From Octopus sinensis (Eukaryota), in the NCBI RefSeq assembly GCF_006345805.1, contig NW_021829808.1, positions 1 through 5,908 of the forward strand: a stretch of DNA of 5,908 nt, read 5' to 3'. Position numbers and translations under genes: made by a program. Each line of letters begins with the position of its first letter. Position 1 is the stretch's first letter. The notes beneath the pieces were generated by a model. It was not told where the DNA came from and made no database searches. It saw only the letters and a program-made list of their open reading frames with translations. Below, in pieces: positions 1-5,908 of the stretch.

Positions 1-34
<34 letters not shown>

Positions 35-39
35 ATATA
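1..39. repeat. (TA)n microsatellite, continues off the left edge
   Basis: Direct reading; one TT phase shift. Confidence 0.97.
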
Positions 40-107
40 AAGAGCAATCTTATTTAGAAATGGATGCGTGAGTTTCTCATATAATAAATTAAAACTAAAT
101 ACAAACA

Positions 108-178
108 TATGTATGTATATATGCATATGTTTTTTTATTTATTAATATATATATATATATGCATGTATGTATGTATTT
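108..178. repeat. Mixed (TA)n/(TATG)n low-complexity tract
   Basis: Direct reading; adjacent to the SINE tail at 181. Confidence 0.85.
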
Positions 179-180
179 AT

Positions 181-436
181 TCTTAATTCTTTTTTCTTAC
201 TTGTTTCAGTCATTTGACTGTGGCCATGTTTGGTTTTAGTCGAGGGAATCGACCCCAAGACTTATACTTTGTAAGATTAGTACTTACTCTATCGGTCACT
301 TTTGCTAAGTTTCGTGTACATAAACACCTGCAATCGGTCTGTCAAGGGTGTCATGACGAGGACATGACACACACAGACTACAGTGGAAACCAACACAGAC
401 ATAACAGACAAAACACACATATACATAAACACAAAC
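181..436 (-). mobile_element. SINE 3' half (CA-rich linker, middle module, stem-loop tail, A-rich end) without an adjacent head
   Basis: The tail TTGTTTCAGTCATTTGACTGTGGCCATG (201-228) matches 851-878 and 5131-5155. The reverse complement of 236-350 (GACCGATAGAGTAAGTACTA...GGGGTCGATTCCCTCGACTA) aligns with 5810-5908. Confidence 0.85.
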
Positions 437-463
437 ATATATATATATAATATATATATATAT

Positions 464-502
<39 letters not shown>

Positions 503-534
503 TATATATATACATATATATAGATATATATATA
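437..534. repeat. Interrupted (TA)n microsatellite preceded by a CA-rich tract (~377-436)
   Basis: Direct reading; lies where the internal microsatellite of the SINE is expected. Confidence 0.95.
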
Positions 535-840
535 ATCATTACAGGTATAGGGTAAAAAATAATTAATTTAATAAAATCAACAAATTTCACCTAGTAGTAT
601 TTCGGTATGGAAAAGGATTGTATTCCTTAAAAACTTATATAATTATAACAATAAGGGTTTGCAACAAGTTGCATGACCACATACCGAACATTTTAGAAAT
701 AGCAACCAAAGGACTATTATTTCCTTTTTTTACAAAAATATGTCTCCCCAGACAACAATATTTGCAACTCACATAATGCCCCCCCCCCCACAAAAGAAGA
801 AAAATAATAAAATCAAACAGTCCTCGGTTATAACCATATA

Positions 841-1074
841 TTTTTTTTTCTTGTTTCAGCTCAGAGCTGCGGCCATGCTGATGTACCGCCGTTATATATA
901 TATATATATACGACAGGCTTCTTTCAAGTTCTGTCTAGGAAATCCACCTTCAATTTTTTAGTCGGCCCGACGCTATAGTAGGAACACTTCCTGAAGGTGT
1001 GACGCAGTAGGACTGATCCGAGGAACATGTGGCCAAGAAACAAGCTTCCCACCACACACAGCCACGCCTGTGCC
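841..1074 (-). mobile_element. tRNA-derived SINE, short form: head + core + (TA)n + 3' stem-loop tail + A-tail
   Basis: The reverse complement begins GGCACAGGCGTGGCTGTGTGTGG (A-box-like with an extra TG) and has GGATCAGTCC (damaged B box). It aligns by eye with the + copy at 3910-4030 and the core at 4671-4754, ending in GAAAGAAGCCTGTCGTA. Then come (TA)n at 893-910, the tail GGCGGTACATCAGCATGGCCGCAGCTCTGAGCTGAAACAAG, and A9 (T run 841-849). Confidence 0.9.
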
Positions 1075-1311
<237 letters not shown>

Positions 1312-2960
1312 CCCTTTCTGTAAAGTACTAAAATATGCATACTTTTGTTGCGGAAATTTCAATCTGTTACTCATGAACGGAAAAATGCTGAAACAAAGGT
1401 AGATGTCTAGACCAAAAAATATTGATTGATGTTTCTAACATAAAATACACACAAACATACGAATTATGAACTGCATCAAATGAATTATTGTATTCCTTAT
1501 ATTATCTATTTCATCACAAGGAAGCAAAGTGAAAGCTTGATCGAACCAAACTGTTTCAAAAGTAAATTGTACAAGAATTAAGTAACAGAAATTACACAGC
1601 ACACCTTTTTGTACTTTTCTTTGTTTTGTAGTTTGTTTCTTATTGTTTTTTTTTTCTGTAAGTAGTTATATACGCAGAACAATGTTGAAGTAGATTGAGG
1701 TGGATTTGTTAACCCATTGACGAGAGAGAGAGTTGATCTACTTTTGGAACAGTTAAGTACGGTATAAGTTCATAGAAGAATGATTAAGCATGAAGCAGAA
1801 TATTGAGAATCAAATGAACGTTTGTGTTTAATGAAATATTCTCCATTAGTACAAGTATTCACGTTAACTGATAAAGAAGATGTAAGCTGGAATAAAATAA
1901 AAGGTTCAAAAGAAATCAGAGATTACAAATGTCCAAGGAATTTGGAACTGAAATTATTAGTTTCTGCCTTACATAAACCCGAACTATAAATAGACTCATA
2001 TCGTTTATTTTCTCCGCAGTAACGTTCACAAGATCGAAATCTATAATTGGTTGTTGCACTGTTAATATCTAGGGATTTTGATAACCCACAATCCAGTGTA
2101 GTACTTGTAATTCACTAATTAAGAGATTAGTTCGTAATGTCCAAAATCTAATCAAATATCTCCGCAGCAAGCGAGGTTCTATCGGTTTGATGTCGTTAAT
2201 CATAATGTCGAGTTAAGCAGGATATAGTGATTAGAGAAATGATTCAGCAAAATTTAACAACGAAAATTCCCTCATGTGATAAAGGTCGTGTGATCGAGTG
2301 TGAGATGGATTAGTTTTTCGTTAATGCGACAAATCGATTTGCTTCGAGACGAAACAGTTTGACTAAACTCTTGCTCAACTGTTACATATTAAAACTGATA
2401 TAAGGAAACTAATATACAATGTTTAATTTTCCCAGATTTATGAAAAGAGAAAGAGAAGACGCAGAACTTAATTCTGGCAATTATTGTTGTCGATCACATA
2501 TTAATCACAATCAGATTATATCTCAAGATCAATAGTTATCTGCATGAATCAAAGATAAAAAAAGAAACAAAAAGAGAAGAACAGAATCGGAGATTATGAA
2601 AACTTCACTCTGTATCAACAAAAAAAAAACACAGGCTATTTTATATTTCATGAGACAACTTGAGTTCTGTCCTATTATTATGACTTTATAATTCACGTGG
2701 ACATTATGAAACAATTCAGAATACAGGAAATTACTCGTACATAAACACATTTACATTACAAATAATCTATGGAGCATAAACTGAGAGTTCAGTAACAGGG
2801 AAGTAAGAATATACTATCAACTATGACAGAATGGGTAATACGTTCAGAAGATTAATATGCCTTTCAAAAATAATTGATCACGGATCGATTCCTTCGATCA
2901 TATGTCTGGTCCATTACAGCTGTCTACATGACGGGAATATAAAATGCAATAGGTGAAGCC

Positions 2961-3783
2961 TACAGAGAGCGGCATCTGTATACATATATATGCTAATATA
3001 AGTAAGTACTCCAGTCTCTTTCTCTCTGTGATTGCATAACGGGAAAAGAAAACATAATATACAACTCAAAATTAGAAGTATTTCAAAAAATAGATTATGG
3101 CTGTGAGATAACAATATACCCAATGTAAACGTTTTCAGCTTTAACCACGCCCTCAAAACTGCTCTTGAACGTGATACATACGTTCTTTACAGTGTCCACG
3201 GGAAGATATTTTAGCATCTACTTGATTTTAGCCACCAGCTCGGCTTTGGTGCTTCAGGCTAAGTGCTTCATGATTTTCTCAACCACGCCCAGGCATAGTA
3301 ATCCATGGGATTGCAATTGGGTGAATCAGGAGGCCAAAAACTGGGGCTGGTAAATTCGTAGAAATTCTCCGTGTACCACATGCGAAACTTCCAGAGTTAT
3401 GACAATGAGCTGAATCCTGCTGCCACAGATATGACCTATAGCTTCACTTCTCTCCAGCCAGTGAATGACAAGATTTTCCAGCATCTTCACATTAGCGGTC
3501 GGAATTGACCCTAGACCCTGTTCAAATTAGTCATTGTGAAATCCGAAATGAAGACGCAGTTTCCATTAGAGCTGACAATGTCACATCTTACACAGATTTT
3601 ACTCTGTATACGAAGTAGAGACTAGCTGTCATATCGGCATGTTGATACTCGACACGAATCATTATGATACAGGTAATCTCTCCTAAAATCCAGTCCTACT
3701 TGTCAGCTAACATCTTAATTACAACTTTAAGCAATACGTTATGCAACGCCATTTACTGTCACCGTTATGACAAGTTGCACCTG
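2961..3783 (-). mobile_element. Candidate full extent of an internally deleted, non-autonomous maT-like DNA transposon
   Basis: Contains the transposase remnant. Candidate ends are TA-CAGAGAGCGGC (+, 2961-2973) and CAGGTGCAAC (- strand from 3783), both resembling the CAGGGTGC-type start I recall for such TIRs. TTGCATAACG (3032-3041) is inverted at 3737-3746. The ends are degenerate, so the boundaries are uncertain. Confidence 0.4.
3119..3526 (-). pseudogene. Degenerate C-terminal part of a Tc1/mariner-superfamily transposase, DD37D (maT-type)
   Basis: Manual minus-strand translation, allowing 1-nt frameshifts: FEQGL(R)VNSD(R)(Y)VKMLENLVIHWLER / SYLWQQDSAHCHNSGS / MWYTENFYEFTSPSFWPPDSPNCNPMDYYAW / VVEKIMKHLA*STKAELVAKIK*MLKYLPVDTVKNVCITFKSSFEGVVKAENVYI. 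It contains the QQDxA motif (second catalytic D, 3414-3416) and the WPPxSPxxNPxDY motif (third catalytic D, 3301-3303). The two D codons are 110 nt apart, i.e. 37 codons minus 1 nt. About five 1-nt indels and two in-frame stops make it non-functional. Confidence 0.92.
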
Positions 3784-3822
3784 AAAAAAGTGATGTAAGA
3801 ATCAAATTTATTGAATAAACTA

Positions 3823-3832
3823 TGTGTGCGTG

Positions 3833-3872
<40 letters not shown>

Positions 3873-3903
3873 TGTGTGTGTTTGTGTGTGTGTGTGTTTG
3901 TGT
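3823..3903. repeat. (TG)n/(CA)n microsatellite with TTTG interruptions
   Basis: Direct reading. It is the source of the CV/HT-repeat ORFs at 3820-4048. Confidence 0.97.
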
Positions 3904-3909
3904 ATCTAA

Positions 3910-4030
3910 GCGTGGCTGTATGGTGAGTCGCTTGCTTCTAAGCCACATGGTTCCGGGTTCGGTCCCACAGCATGGCTCCTTGAGCAAGAGTCTTCTTCTA
4001 TATCTTTGGGCCAACCGATGTCCTGTGAGT
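3910..4030 (+). mobile_element. tRNA-derived SINE head and partial core (3' truncated)
   Basis: A-box-like TGGCTGTATGG (3913-3923) and B-box-like GGTTCGGTCCC (3956-3966), followed by CCTTGAGCAAGAGTCTTCTTCTATA. Colinear with the reverse complement of 950-1067. Confidence 0.88.
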
Positions 4031-4629
4031 ATGCGTGTTTGTCTTTAATTAATATCCTTGGTAAAAATACTTTTATTGAATGTCTGCATGGAATTTTATT
4101 TACACAAACTTTTTCTATGACCCTTTTGTATTTTTCGTAGCCTGCACACACACTTACACATAAATCCACATGCTGAAAAGCACTCACACGTATGTGCCTA
4201 CGACTATGCGTGTTTGACGCAAATAGCAAAAGTCGAGATGAATTGTGTATGCATCTAAATGTGTATATATTATTTTGTGTACACATTCAACCTACCCACG
4301 GGAATAATTTCTATATCAGTCTATAACATGAAGCGGAATATATTTTATTGACCAGGAAATGGGGCTTCTCAGCAATGAAGAATCATTTTCTTCAAGTAAA
4401 TATTCTGTACATCTCCTGACACTAACCCATTAAACCAACAGCCACAGATGTAACAACTTTACTCTATGTATAAAACTTATACATATATAAAAATAAACAG
4501 AAATTCTCCGCATGTAGCTGTGATATTTTGTTGACATCTTCTTCGTGGAGATACGTGCTCCTCTTTTTAAAATTTATATACTATTAAGGAACAGCTATGT
4601 ACATGTACACACATATACGCATGTGAGTG

Positions 4630-4658
4630 TATATATATATATATATATACATATATAT
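4630..4658. repeat. (TA)n microsatellite
   Basis: Direct reading; immediately 5' of the SINE copy at 4659. Confidence 0.95.
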
Positions 4659-4760
4659 GCGTAGGCGTGACAAGTGTCTTCTACTTATAACCTCGTGCCG
4701 ACCAAGCACTTGCGAGCGGATTTGGTACATGGAGGCTGAAAGAAACCTGTCGTATTATAT
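4659..4760 (+). mobile_element. SINE copy with the tRNA-like head deleted: first ~11 nt fused to the core
   Basis: GCGTAGGCGTG is joined directly to ACAAGTGTCTTCTAC...GGATTTGG...GAAAGAAACCTGTCGTA followed by (TA)n. It matches the start and the core of the 841-1074 copy. Confidence 0.85.
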
Positions 4761-4805
4761 ATATATATAGAGAGAGATAGAGAGAGAGAGAGGGGGGAGA
4801 GAGAG
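4753..4805. repeat. Compound (TA)n-(GA)n microsatellite
   Basis: Direct reading; follows the SINE core and overlaps the left arm of the foldback. Confidence 0.93.
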
Positions 4806-4955
4806 TGATTGTATACTGTCAACTTAACGTGACAGTCCTGTAAGGGAATTAACTCACCGCTGTTTAGCCCTAGGAAGCATCGACGCTTCCTGTCAGCCTT
4901 GACACATTCCTGTGTCCTTCGTTAAGTTGACAGTATACAGCCACTCCCTTTCTCC
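4794..4955. repeat. Foldback / MITE-like element with long inverted repeats
   Basis: Perfect 20-bp inverted repeat: TGTATACTGTCAACTTAACG (4810-4829) and CGTTAAGTTGACAGTATACA (4920-4939). It extends to 36 bp (4794-4829 / 4920-4955) with 5 mismatches, all transitions. The 90-nt spacer contains further hairpins. The inverted repeat is certain; the MITE identity is inferred. Confidence 0.8.
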
Positions 4956-4990
4956 ACCACCGTACATATCTCTATAAGATATTTAGAATT

Positions 4991-4995
4991 TATAC

Positions 4996-5056
<61 letters not shown>

Positions 5057-5060
5057 GTAT
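4991..5060. repeat. Interrupted (TA)n microsatellite
   Basis: Direct reading; TA/TG low complexity continues to about 5120. Confidence 0.95.
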
Positions 5061-5118
5061 GGATATGAAAAATAATAGGTATTTGTATATGTAAACATAT
5101 ATATGTACATATGTGTGT

Positions 5119-5172
5119 ATCTTTTACATGCTTCAGTCATTAGACTGCAACCATGCAGGGGCACTGCCTTGA
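5119..5172 (-). mobile_element. Isolated SINE/LINE-type 3' tail (severely 5'-truncated copy)
   Basis: ATCTTTTACATGCTTCAGTCATTAGACTGCAACCATGCAGGGGCACTGCCTTGA is homologous to the tails at 195-228 and 848-890 and keeps the CAGTC/GACTG stem. It lies in TA/TG low-complexity DNA. Confidence 0.75.
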
Positions 5173-5250
5173 TGTGTGTGTATGAATATTTATATATAAA
5201 TGTATGCATCAATATATTTTTATGTATGTGTGTGTATATACATTAATGCA

Positions 5251-5269
5251 TATCTATCTATCTGTCTAT

Positions 5270-5308
<39 letters not shown>

Positions 5309-5317
5309 TATATATAT
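5251..5317. repeat. Compound (TATC)n-(TA)n microsatellite
   Basis: TATCTATCTATCTGTCTATC followed by a (TA)n run. Confidence 0.92.
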
Positions 5318-5804
5318 CAGAGTTAGCGGTTGGAATAACCTTCTAAGGGATAAGAATATCCATTCTTATAACCAGTCTCATTTACTTACGTTATTCCTGG
5401 GTATGGGTATGCAGGCACACTATACTCATAGGGTACAGGTAATAACTGAATAAACAAAAGTTTATTAGGAATCCAATTTAAATAAGCAGAAAATGGAGAA
5501 AACTGTTGATCAGCAAACAAATTGACCAACATCAGTTAATTATTTTATAATACAAAACTTAACATAACATGACATAACTTATCGTACGGCCGTTTCACCT
5601 GCCAATGCCAATTGATGCTTATAAAGGAAATTCCGAAAATAATATTCGCCATCTTTATAGCACATTCGATCTAGTACATAGAGCTTCATCCACTTTACAC
5701 AGCAGTGTAATGTTATTGGATATACCAGTTTTACATATTAAACACATTCCTGGTTGCATAAGGAAATATCGTGTCCGTACAACTCATTACAATTTACGTA
5801 CAAG

Positions 5805-5908
5805 CTTTCGTTGTTGGTATCTTTACATTCCCGTAACTCAGCGGAAAAAATACCGACAGAATGAGTACTACGCTTTAAAAGTGTCCTGAAGTCAGTTTTC
5901 TTCGACTA
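5805..5908 (+). mobile_element. SINE middle module running off the window edge
   Basis: TTTACATTCCCGTAACTCAGC...ACCGACAGAATGAGTACTA...GTCCTGAAGTC...TCGACTA is colinear with the reverse complement of 237-340. The window ends where the tail would follow. Confidence 0.8.

Noticed and set aside
694-710. TAGAAATAGCAACCAAA resembles a motif I recall from cephalopod SINE central domains
   Set aside because: Only 17 nt, based on memory, with no second copy or supporting flanks in the window.
2091-2109. ATCCAGTGTAGTACTTGT resembles the U2 snRNA branch-recognition region
   Set aside because: Only ~18 nt with three mismatches and no flanking U2 sequence; likely chance.
2001-2534. Acceptor-like sites TTTATTTTCTCCGCAG (ending 2019) and TTAATTTTCCCAG (ending 2435), the latter followed by a short ORF MKREREDAELNSGNYCC...
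   Set aside because: No convincing downstream donor or stop-free exon; such motifs are common in AT-rich DNA. RNA-seq would be needed.
3143-3290. 10-bp direct repeat AACCACGCCC (3143-3152 and 3281-3290), GC-box-like
   Set aside because: Both copies are the G-V-V codons of the transposase remnant, which explains the repeat without a regulatory role.
3165-3353. 62-aa plus-strand ORF
   Set aside because: It is the antisense reading of the transposase remnant.
3910-3985. Possible tRNA gene
   Set aside because: It has A/B-box-like motifs but no complete cloverleaf, and it continues into SINE core sequence shared with other copies.
3820-4286. ORFs 3820..4014, 3824..4048 and the longest ORF 3906..4286 (126 aa)
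   Set aside because: They translate the (TG)n tract and the SINE head, with no recognisable protein motif.
5350-5369. Short hairpin ATAAGAAT/ATTCTTAT (also GATCGA/TCGATC at 2883-2899 and TGCAAC/GTTGCA at 660-673)
   Set aside because: Stems of 6-8 bp are expected by chance in 5.9 kb of AT-rich DNA and have no supporting context.
5605-5889. 94-aa ORF MPIDAYKG...
   Set aside because: No recognisable domain, and its last third is SINE middle-module sequence. ORFs 214..450, 740..961, 2529..2750 and 2914..3156 were rejected on similar grounds.

Overview
AT-rich, microsatellite-dense eukaryotic non-coding DNA (intron or intergenic) with no intact protein-coding gene. The tracked ORFs are microsatellite translations, antisense readings of repeats, or short ORFs with no recognisable family. 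The window holds at least six fragments of one modular tRNA-derived SINE (head with Pol III A/B boxes, core, internal microsatellite, middle module, 3' stem-loop tail). From memory these resemble the abundant SINEs of Octopus genomes; that host assignment is recall, not a search result. It also holds a frameshifted minus-strand Tc1/mariner transposase remnant with DD37D (maT-type) spacing that the ORF track misses, and an unexplained ~160-bp foldback element at 4794-4955. The most interesting observations are that foldback, compensatory changes in the SINE 3' stem-loop, and the apparently internally deleted maT element. I see no evidence of a new multi-gene system.
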